A stretch of DNA of 62,000 nt. It comes from Lama guanicoe. Taxonomy: Eukaryota. The translations under genes and the position numbers were made by a program. The stretch covers positions 5,676,270-5,738,269 of the forward strand of contig MU054212.1 of the NCBI GenBank assembly GCA_013239625.1, written 5' to 3'. The notes below the pieces were generated by a model that was not told where the DNA came from, made no database searches, and saw only the letters and a program-made list of their open reading frames with translations. This document shows, piece after piece, positions 1 through 14,200 of the stretch. Each line of letters begins with the position of its first letter. Within the stretch, counting starts at the first letter, position 1.

Positions 1-3000
1 CACACGTAAAATAAATTTAAATTGGCAGCGTCAGCAGAGAAAATGAGATTTCATGGGTGTGGAGACAAACCAGCCCTTCAGGTGAGAAGTGACCTCATGC
101 ACTAGACAGTGTTTTTACCGTGGGCTCTGAGAAGCCAAACATTTTAAACACCTTTCTCACTGTTTCCTGCCCCAGAAAGAGCAGGTAAAACTAGTGATGC
201 CCTCAGACCTCCTGTGATAAGAAACACATCAAATTCCAGGAGCATTTGTAGCTATTGCGTAACAGTGGTGATCATACATTTATGGGCTTACTTACTTTTA
301 CTCAGTTAAAACTCATTTATTCCTCACAGACAGTTTATTATGAGGCAAGCGGGGGTGGCTACTATTGTTACTGCTTTTCCATTTTTTAAACAGAGTCATT
401 TGATACTCATCCTTGCTAAAGAAAACATGCAAAACCACAATGGTGATCTGTAGCACTTCGATAGAGTCTAAACATTCTCTTGTAATATGAACAATGAATG
501 CGTTACAAGTGAGCAGCGGCTCCTTAAAAATGGTTACTGACACCTCCAATGACACGTAAGTTCCTACAGAAGGTCCTACTGGCTTTATTTCTCTTTCACA
601 TCATCTCATCTAAGATAGAAGCACGAAAGCTAATGCTACTACTATTAATAATAATAAACACCGGGCTGTCTTTTGTGTATTATTTATCTCACTTTAGCTT
701 TCTCCCAGACATTGTCATCAGTGGTACAGGTTATGAATAATATGAATTATAAACGATAACTAATAATTTTCTTATGCAAAACTAAAGGATCATATAGTTG
801 TTCATTTTTCAGCCTAAGTATAAAATTAATACATGTATTTGGGGTGTGTATGTGTGCATGTGTGTGTATGCTGGGGGTTGCGATGGCGTTGGAAATATAT
901 GTTTGTTTACCAAAAATGTATATCTGAAACCAAGTCACCATCAATATTATTACTGCGTCAGTGATGACTGCAGGAATATGTTTAGATGTGTATCAATGAC
1001 ACTTTGGAGATCGCCATTCATCACATTGAATACTCTCTTGATGGAGTAAAAGTTGTTTCCACTTCCACTGGTTGTATTTTGGGTGGTGTTTGATGACATC
1101 AATCTGCTATTCAGTACAAGAAAGGATTTAGATGATGCTAGGAATTTTTGGTCACGTGTTCTTTAAGTGACATGTACCATCATGATGTTGAGCTCTGGAG
1201 CTGAAGTGTGTGGGGTGTGGTTGGGGAGGTGTTTCGAGGAAAAGAGCAAGCAGAGGGATACCAGACAGGCTGCTTTATCATGGGAACAGAGCAGAAGCCC
1301 AATTTTCCTACTTTAGTACAAGATGGAAACACCAGATAAACAGTAAAAACCACTTAAAAGCAGTTTTTTTCAATCTCTTTCAGCTGAGGTCAGACATTGC
1401 TCTCATGATTGAAACAGAAATATTTATAGATAAGATTCTGGATATAAATTCGGGAAATTAAAAAGTGATGAAACGAAGGTAGGGCCAAAAAAACATTTTC
1501 CAAATCATAGGGATTCACTGATCAAAATTAAAATTCTGCATCGATAGGTACTTCTACAATCTACAAATCTATACCAAAATGGTTCCCTTGCTGTCATCAA
1601 CTGGAAGGAAAAAGCTTGTCTGAATTCCTTCAAAAACAGAGAAAACCGTAGTCGTCTCTATCCCTGTCTTCTCCACAAGTCTCAGACATTCTTGGAGCCC
1701 CAGGATAGCAGCTGTTTGCACTGATCAGTTGCAGTAAGTGGCGTAAGGAAATTCGAGGCACTGCAGTCTTAGGAATGAAGGGGCCATATCAACAAAGTCA
1801 CCAAATTCACTGACCATTGTTCTGCCTTATTTTTCTTATGGAGATTATTAAAATACCATTAAAATACCATCAAAGAGTCCCAGTAGAAAAAAAAAGATCT
1901 ATTTTTATCAACCATCAGTACCATTCCCTAGATGTTAATTAAAATCCCACATACGTTATCAAAGAAATCACTTTTTTCACCAGAATTTTGAGATGGCACG
2001 TTAACCAACTTTCCCTAAATCTGTAACGCAGTAACTTTTGATTAACTTGTTATCTTTTCTGAGCTGAATTATGATTACTCAGGCCACACGCCCCTGGGCT
2101 CACTAGATAAAGACACTAGCTTCATCTCATTTATTCCTACATGAATTTGGCTCTAAAGGCGCTGTTACGCTTATAAGGTAATTGCCTATGATCTAAAAAT
2201 GCACCACTCAGCTTAATTTATAGAACTAACCCAGAAACTTGTTTCTGAATGACTTTCGGTCACTGTTAAAAATCAAACCCACCTCAAAGGACAGAAATTC
2301 GTCATGAGACATTACGGCGCAAGCTTTGAAATTAATTGCAGAGGGGTCCTAAAATACCGAGAGATACGGCAACAACGTATACTAATTGGGTAGTTTTCCA
2401 ATATGAATATATTGAAGGAAAATCAATTTTCCAGGTATATTTGTGTATAAACCAAATTAGCCATATTAAGGAGAGGAAGAATACTGAAGAGCGAATATTT
2501 TTTTCTTCTGAATATTTCCTTTAATAATATTACACTATTAACATTTTTAAATAAATCTTTTTTAAAAGACCATTCCACTTTTTCATTTGAAATGCTAAAA
2601 TCCTTTGACAATATGTAAGCTAGACCTGTAGAAATGTGTTAACCCCTTCACAGAGGTTTATCCCTAACTCTGCAATAGTATTATAGTCAGAGAGTCAGAG
2701 AATGATTAAGATGGCGATATAAGTATATGCCTTGAGCACAGCCATTCATCACTGCCATGTCTCTAACACTAATAAAATTCATTTTTTAAAAAGGAAAGTA
2801 AAATACATGAATGTGCTAAAGAGTTAAATAAACATAATTGTGGACAGAAACAGGGACATTGTTTAATGGATAGCTAAGGTGTGACAGAGTTCTTGCCTTA
2901 TTTTGGAAAAAAACAGAAACACAAAATAACCGTAGACTTTCATTTTCCCTGTCTTCTTTATCAAACCCTAACTCATCCCTAAAAAAGAAAAAAACTTACA

Positions 3001-3494
3001 GTCAACTATGTCAGTTGATTATACGGTGTTTCCAATTTTACACATTAACATCATAGAAGGGGGAATAAATACTTAGGATTTGTAGAACTGTGGCATTGAA
3101 TTGTTCCTTTTCAAATATTTAAATTTTTACTCAACAAATTCCAAATCATGTTGTATACGGAATAACACACATTACATTGTGGATATAAATGGTAGTTCCA
3201 AATAAAGTTCTTAATTTTTATTGAAAAATTTAGCATTAATATTTATAAATGAAATGTAATACTTGCTAAATAATATAGTGCTGATTCCTGACAGTCTCAG
3301 ACATATTTTATATAATAAATGCCATGTAATTTATACAGTGATCTTATTGTGGATAGTTGTATAAGTCCTATTCATTTTTTCTGCCCCTGAAGGAGTTAAT
3401 TTATTTTCATAACAACATTGTAGACTACTTGTTGAGAGCACAGACTTGGCAACTATTTGAATTTTAGGTTTAAATTTTATATTTGAAATTTGAA

Positions 3495-4015
3495 TCCATC
3501 AAGATAAAGCCAGGAAACAAAAACCACCTTAAGTCTCTCAAATAAAGGAAATCATATAAGAAAGCTGTTTACTCAAATGATGAAAGAACTGAGATGTCAA
3601 CGTACAGGCTATTTAGAGATGAGCAGCAATAGGAAGCAGCTCCCTCGCTGACGGCTGGAGGGACTGTGGGGAGGGGATGGTGTCTCCAAGGATTTAGAAG
3701 CCTAGTGGGAACTAGAACCATGGAAGCACTGCCAGGTAGAGCTGAGACCTTGGAGAGAGGCCCATCTGATGGGAGCTAGAACCACAGAGGAGAAGCAGCT
3801 GTTCATGGAGATGCCCCAGAAAGCAGAAAGAGGAGAGGAGAAATACACTAACTTCTCCCCTTCTCCCACCCTCCCATGTTCCACAAGTACCCTCCACCGG
3901 CCCGTATCTCCCAAAAGTCAGAGGGCAGGCAGTCTGGGAAATGTAGTTCTCTGATATACAGAACGAGGAAAGGGCAGGAAATTTACATTTGAGGAAAAAC
4001 AGGATACTTAACATC
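3495..4015. mobile_element. Ancient MaLR/ERVL-type solo LTR (MLT1-like), approximate
   Basis: ~500 bp purine/GC-richer block resembling recalled MLT1-type LTR sequence. Confidence 0.45.
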
Positions 4016-4185
4016 TTTGAATGTTTTCATTTTTTCTCCCTTGTGAAATAAGCATTGTAATCCAGTGTTGTTGTAAACATTAAATTATGCATTTAAAGCA
4101 CTGAGCAGAATGCCTGCCATATTACAAGCTCTCAATAAATGTTTTCTTATGATAGATTTTAAGTCTCTGTGTTGTTGAAAATCTT

Positions 4186-4215
4186 TTTTTTAACATTTTT
4201 TATTGATTTATAATC
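4186..4215 (-). mobile_element. Ultra-truncated L1-like 3' tail insertion with 15-bp TSD
   Basis: Minus strand GATTATAAATCAATAAAAAATGTTAAAAAA; flanks gttgttgaaaatctt (4171-4185) and gttgtttaaaatctt (4216-4230). Confidence 0.7.
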
Positions 4216-4439
4216 GTTGTTTAAAATCTTAATCTAATCTTTATTGTGCTTTGCTTTCTGTTTATCCCCTTCTAAATTAACAGTCTCATACTCCAGAAGT
4301 CTTTAGTCCTTCCGCTTTACAGCAAATATAACTTCTCTCTTTTCAATTCCAAAATCCTTATCAAAGTAGTGTTGATGGTTTCATGGGTCAAATGATATTT
4401 AGAATTTCTATTTGGCTTTGAGAAATAATTTTAAAATTA

Positions 4440-4570
4440 TTTGAGAGTAATTTTCTTGAGTGCCTATCTTATGTTTGAGACTTCAGATACTGTATCTTAT
4501 TTAATCCTTATCATGACCTACTTCATATATGATGGAGGTATTATCATCACCATTTTAGAGATGAGAAAGC
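4440..4570 (-). mobile_element. MIR SINE fragment
   Basis: tcttatttaatcctt...tattatcatcaccattttagagatgagaaa MIR core. Confidence 0.6.
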
Positions 4571-5089
4571 AAAAAAATTACTTGCTTGGAATCTGAAGAT
4601 TTCTATGTTCTATCTTTATACTAAACTGATGGTTTAGCTAGGAAGAGGATTCCAGGTCAGTGGTCATTTCCCGCGAGCATTTCTTCTCTTCTGGCTTTCA
4701 GGGTTGCTAAGAAGTTTGATGAGTCATGCTTAAGAACAAGGTAATGAAAACCTGAATAGAAAAACTAGAAAGGATTCAGTAACGCCAAAGTTCTTCCGAT
4801 ATTTTCTGGAACGCTCTTGTCCTATTTATGTTCTCTTTCAACTGTACTGTAACTCTGCTCTGTCAAAACTTGTTTTTAGTTTAAAAAAATTGTTTTTCAT
4901 ATTATACTTCACTGAAAGTACAAATCAATGTTTTACCTCTTGCCCTTTTAAAAATGATAATCAGGAATGCTTGAACACATAGAAAATATTGGAGAGAACA
5001 AGAAATCAATGTGGCGTAATAAAGAGGATTAAACGTCAGTGATTGAACACAAATAGGTATTCTCTTTGCCCAAATCCCACTCAATAAAA

Positions 5090-6070
5090 TTTTGAGCAGC
5101 TATCCTGGAAGCTAGAAGACAATGGAGCAATATATTTAAAATTTTAAGGGAAATTAACTTCTACCTTAAGATTCTCTATCTAGTCATACTAAGTGTGAGA
5201 GTAAAATAGAGACATTTTTATAACATCAAGTCTCAAATAATCACTTCCAATCTACCTTTTTTTTTTTTCTTCAGAAACTGCTCTCTTAAAACAAAGGAAT
5301 AAATCAAGAAGCAGAAATCATGAGACCTGGGAAACAAGAAAGCCAGCAGAGGGGAAAGGAACAGAAAATGCTAAGAATAAGAGGGAAGGGGAGCCCTGAA
5401 AGAGCCTGGGAAGGAGAACAGCCAGATCAAAACGGAGCTGAGAGGGAGGACCCCAGGAGGGAAGCTAAAAAGACAAAATCAAACTAATTAACATATCAAC
5501 AAGGGAAAAAAAATAAAGTGAATGACTACCTAAGTTTTCAGAGTTCTGTAAAGTATTGAAAATAGTTGAATAACAAGTACATAGAAATCTAAGCAACAGC
5601 TGTTTAGTCCAAGAGAAATGGAAAATTACACACCAAAAAGGAGACATGATCATAGTGTACTATGGGGTTCAGCTATGAACCATACAGACACAGTCAGAAG
5701 AATGGAAGCACTGAATTTTCATTTTAGCCAAAATTATGGAGTAGCTGAATGGGGAGGGTGAACTGAGAGAGGACTATTTGTATTTAAACAGGGTTTTGTT
5801 TTGTGGCTTTATCCATTTGTGGTTTTTAAAGGGAGCTAAATGACACTGTCATCTTCCATAAAAGAAATTTAATGGATTACATCTCAATTTTAAACTGAAG
5901 AGTACATATAAATTTTTGAATGGAATCCCAGAAGCAGCAGAATTGAAAGTGGGTTGCGTCTGGTAGGCAGGAATCAGGATGGGTAAGGATGGAGCATGAA
6001 ATGTCCAACTTTTCTCATAAACCCTATATCATTTTATTTGACATGTTAAAGCATACTGATAGTTTTTTTT
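5090..6070 (+). mobile_element. HAL1 / L1M ORF1-region remnant
   Basis: ctggaagctagaagacaatggagcaatatatttaaaattttaagggaa...agattctctatctag resembles the L1/HAL1 ORF1 C-terminal region. Confidence 0.6.
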
Positions 6071-7574
6071 AATGAGTAGGGACCACCTAGATTTAAATCT
6101 TTGTTCTTGTCTGGTTATTCAGTAGTTTAAACATGTTTACTGAGTCCCCTATACTCCCATAATTCGAGGGTAGTTTTTCAAACAAAATAAGCGATCTCCA
6201 AATATTTCCCCCAGTATACCTCTTGGCACTCAGGCATGTTTTAAACATATCTTCTAAACCCAGAAGCTCCAAATTCTTGACAAGGCATAGCAATGACCAT
6301 ATTTCTTCTCCTATCAAGAGTTCTAATGATTTGTGCTCAACCGGACTTCCATGCCCCAGGCCCCTGTTAAAACAGATTCTGCAGAGGCTGGGGAAGAGCA
6401 AAGCCCCAAATGACCATAACCTTTAAGAGTTTTTCCAGACAAGAAGAGGCAATTCCAGGGCATCTGGGGATTGCCTGGGATTTTAGAGACTCTCAAGTCT
6501 CAAGTGTCAATGTAAGAGTCCTTGCAACAATTCTGAATGAGCAATAGGAGGGGTGGCTTGCACATGCCCGAAGCCGGGAGGATGGGAGATTATGCCCCCT
6601 TATGAGATGGTGTGTCCGTTGAGGTAAGGAAAGAAGAGTGTGATTTCTTCTTAATTCAAATTTATATCTGTGTATTTAACAAACATTTTTACAAAAATGT
6701 TTACAAACTTTTTTCCACATTGTAAAAAATTGAATACATATTTCTATTTAATTATTCTTAAACTAGTACTTTTAGACGTTTCTATATAAAGTATGAAATA
6801 GATTGTCGAAGCAAATGATGTTTTAAGTGTACGTCTCTGTTTTGCTGTCTCATCGCAGTTGCTATTTACAAAGCAAACCACACCTCCTTAACATTTCTCA
6901 CTCTGAGAAACAGATCCACATTCTTCTCTTATCAGGGGCTGGTCCCTTACACTCAACGTTCAACTAAAGCAACTTGCTTTTGTTTTACTTAATTGACATG
7001 ATTTACTTTCTCTGGGAAAGAGAATGCTGTTTGGAGTACACATTTTATCCAGCTGTATATAGATGTTTTATATTTATAAACACACATCATTATAGACTCT
7101 TTCCAGCCTATTTATTACTTACAAATGGATGTAGCAACCGCCTGCGTACCATCTTATGGTTTTAAAGTAACCTATTAACACAAATTGCCACAAAGAAGTA
7201 ACCACATGTATCAATTTATAACTGTACATAATGAGTCCTAAATTTTAAAAGTATTGATTGAATCTTTTATTCTCACTAGCACCTTAATATTGGGCAAGAT
7301 TTCGTATTAGAAGAGTTCAACCCTATTATTCCAGTGGAGATGATCATTTCTCCCTCTACAGCTGGTACTGGGTTTTCAATTATCTAAAAATTAAATCTTT
7401 GCCTGTAGCAGCCTACAGGCAGTTTCATGGTTTCGATTCTGGGTTGCTATTCCCAGTCAGTCAAGGATAGAGTCCTGAGCCAAAATGAACTAAGTGGGAG
7501 GATTCTGACTTAATCTTTACTATTCCATTATCTCCCCCCAACCAAAGACAAAAACAGGTAACAAAAATGTGGTT

Positions 7575-7890
7575 TTATTTTTAGTTTAACTTACATAGAG
7601 GAGAATGCATTAATCTTAGTTGCACAATTCAATGACTTTTGACATATGTATGTACCCAGGTAACCAATATCCAGGTCAAGACATAGAAAAACATGTCTGT
7701 CACTCTAGCAAATTTCTCCGTGCCACTTTCCAGTCTATAGCCTTCCCCTTCTCCGGCCATAACAGCCTTCCTGATTTCTATCACCAAAAATGAGTTTTGC
7801 ATATTCTTTGCATGAGTTTGATATGATGAAAATTATAAAGTGTATATTATTTGGAGTCAGGCTTCTTTTGATCAATATGTTTTTGAGATA
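7575..7890 (-). mobile_element. L1M (L1ME-like) 3' fragment
   Basis: aatcttagttgcacaattcaatgacttttgaca...ggcttcttttgatcaatatgtttttgagat resembles an antisense L1M 3'UTR. Confidence 0.6.
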
Positions 7891-8734
7891 AATATAAGGC
7901 CTGAGGTTTGGAAAAAGAGAAGTAAAAATGGCCCTTTTTCACAGAAGGCATAATTATATGTGTAAAAACCTTAAGGTATCAGGAAAAAAAAATCTGTCTG
8001 TAACTATTAAGAAATTTAGCAATGTCAAGGGCTACAAAGTCACCATATAAAAATCACTATATCTCACTCTACTTTTTGAATAACTTTATAGCTGACTGAA
8101 TAAGAAACTATTTACTAGAATAGAAGTAGTCTTAAACAAATAGAGACACAAACATAGCTCCAAAACAAACATGATTAACAAGGTAAACAAAGACCTCAAA
8201 TAGCCCTAAAACCTAGTAAGCTGTCAGTATTTTTTTAAAAAAAGAAAATGGTAGGCAATGCATTGAAGAAAGCATTTGGCTCTTGTTATCTATCAGTTTG
8301 TCCTCTCTCAAGGAACTTTTTGTTTATATGTATATAAAATCTTTACTTCTCCATGAATATAATTTAAAAAATCAAGTTGCAAAGTATTTTATAGAATATG
8401 ATCAACTGGAAATAGGACTTTGTGCTTCTATTCTTTGCTTTAAAAAAGAAGATTTTCTTATGAGTAAAGAATTAAATGAAACCATTTAAATTGTCTTAAC
8501 AAAAACTGAGCTACCTCTGCATGCTTAGGGGGGTGTGTGTGTGTGTGTACATGCACGTTCTATGTCCTTAGAAGATATTAACACTCACAGAGGATAACTA
8601 GCCAAATGAAACAAATGCAGTCCTTAAAGAGATGTAATCCAGTTAAGTAAAGTTTAAAGGTTGGTTGTAGATTATGTACAAAACAAGGCTACCAAATAAT
8701 TCACTTTTCTCCAGATAACTGAATATAATGTAGA

Positions 8735-8915
8735 AGATGATTGTAGGCACATTTATTTTGAGGTTTCTAGTGCTAGACACTGTGCTAAAGACTTCACATT
8801 CCTTATTTCATTTAAACTTCACAAAATCGAAGCAGGTAATAGATCCTGATTTTACAGATGAGAAATCAAGTTTAGAGAATTTAGGTAATTTCCCCCAAAG
8901 TTTTACAATAATTAA
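8735..8915 (-). mobile_element. MIR SINE
   Basis: gacactgtgctaaagacttcaca...gattttacagatgagaaatcaagtttagaga. Confidence 0.75.
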
Positions 8916-9399
8916 GTAAAAAAACAAAACAAACAAAATTCAAATTAAGAGCTCGCTTCCATGCCCTGACACCCTTGCTGTCTTCCTCTGTCTAAGTCAA
9001 TATTCTCCATTTCCTTTTTGATCATCTCCTACGTGAAGGGGTAAATCGTTACATATAAGTACATTTCTTAAGTGTTTTAACTGAAATGAAATAAATACTT
9101 AAACCTGTAACAGCAATGTGATGTAGAGACTAAATTCTAATAAAAGAGTTGGTAATAACTGAAATAAAACTTTGACATGGTCCAATAAAATAGCTGTGTT
9201 TTCACACGTTGAGCAAGTAGTGACTTCCTACAACAGTCACGTTCATATGTAATTTTCATGAATATCATAGTAACTCTATTAGAAAAGTATTTTTACAGTT
9301 TTATAAAGGAGCACACAGACTCGCAGGTGAAGCGATTCTCACTCAAAATCCCAAGAGCTGCCTGTAACTGGACAGTTACAGAGCACCTACAAATCAAGG

Positions 9400-11220
9400 A
9401 TATTACCAACAGAGGTCACAGAAAGAACAATACAAATGGCCAGCAAAAATATTAAACCTCAACTTCATTAAATCAGAGAGATTAACATTTAAACCACAAG
9501 TAAGACAACATTTTCTGCCATCAAATTGACAAACGTGAGGAATTCAGACTTTTCTAATGATGAAAAAGATGTGCAGGTAAAGGGATTCTCCCTCACTCCT
9601 GGCAGGAACGTGAACTGCTACAACTTTTTGGAAAGTCACCTAATAGCTAGTAAAATTTAAAATTCCTTACATTTTCATGAGCAAATCTCACTTTAGAACC
9701 AATATCCATCACAAGTACAAAGTGGATATATGTACCAGGGTTTTTATTACGGCCTCCATTGCAATAATACATGTGTACATACATCCTTAAATATCTAAAT
9801 TAGAACTAGATTCCACACCAGTGCAAAAGTCATTCACTGGAGAAAGGTCAGTCATTTCAACAAATAAGCTGGAACAATGAGATTTATAGGTAAGGAAATG
9901 ACTTCAACCTACACCTTATGTATTATGCCAAAATTAATTACCAATGGATCACAGACCTAGATTTAAATCATAAAATCACAAAGCACCTAGGAAAAAAAAT
10001 TTTTTAAAAATCTTTGTGAACTGGGGTTCTTAGAAATGGCACAAAACCCACAATCCATTTAAGAAAAAAAGGATAAACTGAGCTTCTTCTAAATTAAAAA
10101 TGTTTGCTTTGTTCAAAACACTGCTAAGAAAATCAAAAGGCAAGCTACAAATTCGGAGAAAATGTATGCAAATTACATATCCAACAAATGACATGTATCA
10201 AGACTAGATAAAGAGCTCTCAAAACTCAAAGATAAGAAAACATAAAAATCCATGTAAATATGGGCAAGAGACTTCAACAGACTCTTCACCAAAGAGGATC
10301 TACGGGTAGCAAATAAGCACTTGAAAAGATGTTCACTACCACTAGCCATCTGGTAAATGCAAATTAAAACCAAGGTAAAATACTACCACAAAATTATTAA
10401 AATGACTGAAATGAAAATTACTGACAATACCAAGTGCTGGTGAGTATGTGGAGCAACTGGAACGCTCATACATTGCTTTTGGGAATACAAAATGGTGCAG
10501 TCACTTCGGGTAAGTCTGGCACTTTCTTCAAAATTAATCATTTACTATAGAGAAATAAAAATTATCTTCACACTGAAAAACCTGTACCTAAATGTTTATA
10601 ACATCTTTATCCAAAACTCATCAGTTTCTTTCTGTTGGATAAATAAACTTTAGTACACCTATATTGATAAACTCTACATTTTGGATAAATCTCAAAGACA
10701 TTGTGCTAAGTGAAAGAAATCATCATACTATATATCTTTTGGAGTCTCAAAAGCTATATATTATATGATTCTAGGTATATGACCTTTTCAAAAAAACCCT
10801 AAACTATCAGTATTGAGAACAAATCAGTGGTTTCAAGGAGTAAGGGATGCAGGAAGCATGTGACTATAAAAGGATGGCAGGAGAGAGTTTTTGAGGGTGA
10901 TGGAATTGTTCTGCAGCCTGATGGACCCTGTAAATGTTAGATTTACACAAATCTAAAATTCAAAAACTGTACAGCCCCAAAGTCAGTTTTTCAGTATAAT
11001 AGTTTAAAACTTAAAAACAAACTGGAATTATTGACTAAAGAATGAGTCCTCCATGCGTATGGAATGCTGTGCAGTTATTAATATGAATAAATTCATCTAT
11101 CTGTACCTAATAATCTGAAGAGGTGTCCCTGATATGTTGTTAAGTCATAAAAATCAAATTCCAAGTATTATATTTATAGAGTATGATCCTATTTCTGTAA
11201 AGTTAAAACTGAAATAAAAT
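9400..11220 (+). mobile_element. L1M ORF2 end/3'UTR fragments (probably an L1MC-like piece nested in older L1M)
   Basis: tcatttcaacaaata...ggatcacagaccta...tgggcaagagacttcaacagactcttcaccaaagagga...ctgacaataccaagtgctggtgag are L1 ORF2 3' motifs; no intact ORF. Confidence 0.8.
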
Positions 11221-14200
11221 TTATATGTGCATGGGCAAATATGTGTGTAGATGCATGTATGTGTATGAACATGTGTATCTGTGCCTATATTATGTTTCTT
11301 TAGGTACCATTGTACAGAAAGATCCTTTAAAAAGCAGTAGAGAGGGGTTTACAGATGGAGTGGGAAAAAGGGTTGACTTTTTAAATTATTGCATAATTCC
11401 AGTGATTAAAGTAAACATTTGTTCCTCTTGTTGAAAAAGAATATGATAATATCTCTTAGTATGTAATAAAGGCATAAATGTTTTGGAAGAATGTTACTTC
11501 CATAGAAACATAAATATGAATGCTCCTATACACAGAAAGATGCTTAAAGGAATTCCTTTTAATTATTCTTTATCTGTGATTTTAGGCTTCAGGATATGGT
11601 GAGAACTGAGAAAATTTGAGGAGTTTATTGTCAGTGGCAAAATTCTACAGATTTAGGCAGATTTACATTTGTAATGAGCTATGACCTTGAATAGACTTCA
11701 AAATAATTAGTATGATTTCAATCCAATAATGAGTGACAGATGATTTTTCTTCAGCACATCTTATGGAATTAATGAAGTGCAACTATATTAAAAGCTGAAT
11801 AATTAAAGGCATAAGAAACTATAAGTAAACTGCTTTACCATTTAACCCCTTTTAAGCAGGGATATTATTTAGTTATTTATCAAACCACTTTCACTGATGC
11901 ATGGATTTTGCTAAGTCAAGGATAATATTTAACAGTATATAAAATTCATATCACATCATTATTAATAAAAATGATACTCTTTTCCTTAGTGGAGTAACAT
12001 AGCCCATTTCAAATGTTTTCCAAAGCAGATTTTTTTATTGATATCAACCCTCTGTTATCAGGTAAAAGAAAATCATAATTTGAGTACAGATAATTTTTAA
12101 TGCCCCTTAAGCAGGAGTATGTTCCCCAATATCATAGGTAGAAATTATCATAAGGTAAAATTTCCTGAAGGTGGCAGCATCCATAGTAAATCTGTCCTCA
12201 ATCTTTGCAGCAAGCTGTTCTTATTTATGAGGTATTATTACACTTGCTGGTTAAAATGACTGGTAATATCACAGAACATTAGTAATTATGAAAATAATGT
12301 CACAGTAATCATTGTAACACTGCATTTTTTAAAGGACTCTTAGTTATAGTCTATACATACACTATATATATAAAATACATAAATACTTGATAAACATACA
12401 AAGATATTTATCAAGGGCTTTTATATTCATGAAGATTTCTGTTTCCTGATTCATTACATTAATTTTCTTACTAATAAATGTTAGCAAAGTGACAAGGTGA
12501 CAAAGATATATTTCAACATTCCAATTTCCACCTTTGAGTCATTTTCTTATCAGAGGAAAATAATTTTAATGCCAATTCTTTCTTTACATTTCTTGAAACA
12601 CGAGGGAAATAATCATGATGACTATTACGGCGTGATTCTTGAGACTAAGAACAGCCCCCTAAATCAGGAGATAAATTCTAACTTAAACACTGGGTTTGAA
12701 AGTACTTATTCAGTTCAATTCACAGTTTTAAATGAAGACCTATAAAGTTTCATGCCTTTCAATAAAATACTATTTGATGACACATTTTTGAAACTACAGT
12801 TCTCTATATAGGTGGTTGTGGCTGTTACCATTACTATTAAAAGGCAAGTTTCCTGACCTAGACTTGCGATTAGGGACTCAAAGGAAGAGGAGTTCTATTA
12901 GCATGGCTGGGATAGTCACTGCTACCCTTGATTAAATTCCCCAACAGGGGTTTACGGTCACCTCAAGGGCAATGTTGCCTGTATGAGCAACTGAAACAGA
13001 TGGTTCATTAGTAAGAATCTTATTACCCCCAGATCTCAGCATCCGTCCCCAGTAGGGTTGTACCTAAATTCTCCCACACTCGTACAAGCCCTGAAGAGGC
13101 AATCAGCATTTTCTCAGTGACGGCAGCTGTTACTCCTTTGCTCTATCATTCATTGTCAGAGTTCCTCTAGATCTAGGTGTTTTTCCTTTAAGACGAGATG
13201 TATTTCTCCATCCATAATAATTGGTTGGTTGATTTCCAGTCTTTCATTACTCCATGTCTAAATTCTAGTGTGTCTGTCAGTAACCACCAGTCTCAATTGT
13301 AAGGCCCATTCGTCACATATAAATTAGATTGTCATCTAATCAAAAGTTTCTTAGAAAAAGAATGAAGACTTTTGTGCCACAGGTAAAAAGACACAGTGTG
13401 TCTTTGCAAATGGTAACATGCAAGCCAGCAAATCCATATATGACCACATGGTTTTAGAAAAGAAAAGGTCCCCTGAAGGCAGTAAATGCAATCTCAGCAT
13501 TTTTTTCTTTTAGATTTTCCTCAACCAGAGCTTTCCTCTCTATCTCTATTGCATTGTCGTATTTTCCTTGTTTCCACTTCTTCCTTTACTCTTCTGTATA
13601 TCACTATTCTTCCTTCCATTTATTTTATATTTTCCCCCTTCTTTTTTCACCTCTATCCCTTCTCTCTGTAGTTTCTGACTCCGTGAGCCAAGGACTTGGG
13701 GATTTTGCTGGGATATTTACCAAAGGTTTGGGACTTGAGTTCACAGAGGCACAGACTCTGGGTGGTGATGAATGACGGTTGGAGTGATGATTTATTCAGA
13801 TATCACTGAGTAGAGGAAAAACAGAAAACAGAGACAAGGAAAGCTCTATGCAGTTTACTTTAAATTGAAAACCGAAGATTTCCAACATAACATCCAATAA
13901 ACCTGATTTTTTACATATTTGGGACTAGTAAGTTAAAAATTCTTAAAATACTTACCTTAAACTCCTAGACTATACCCAGCAAGCATATTATAGTACAGAA
14001 GAAAAAATGTAGAGAGAAGAACTGGGCTCCTTTTTCTATACGTTGCTAAATAAGGCTTGATAAAGAAAAAAAATAAGAAAAGGAATGAGAAGCCTATTTT
14101 AAACAAAATGAAATCCCTTAAGCATGAGTGATAGAAGACAGAAAAATAAATAGTAGAAAACAGGCATGACTATAGTGTGGGGAACTTGAAAGAGATAAGA

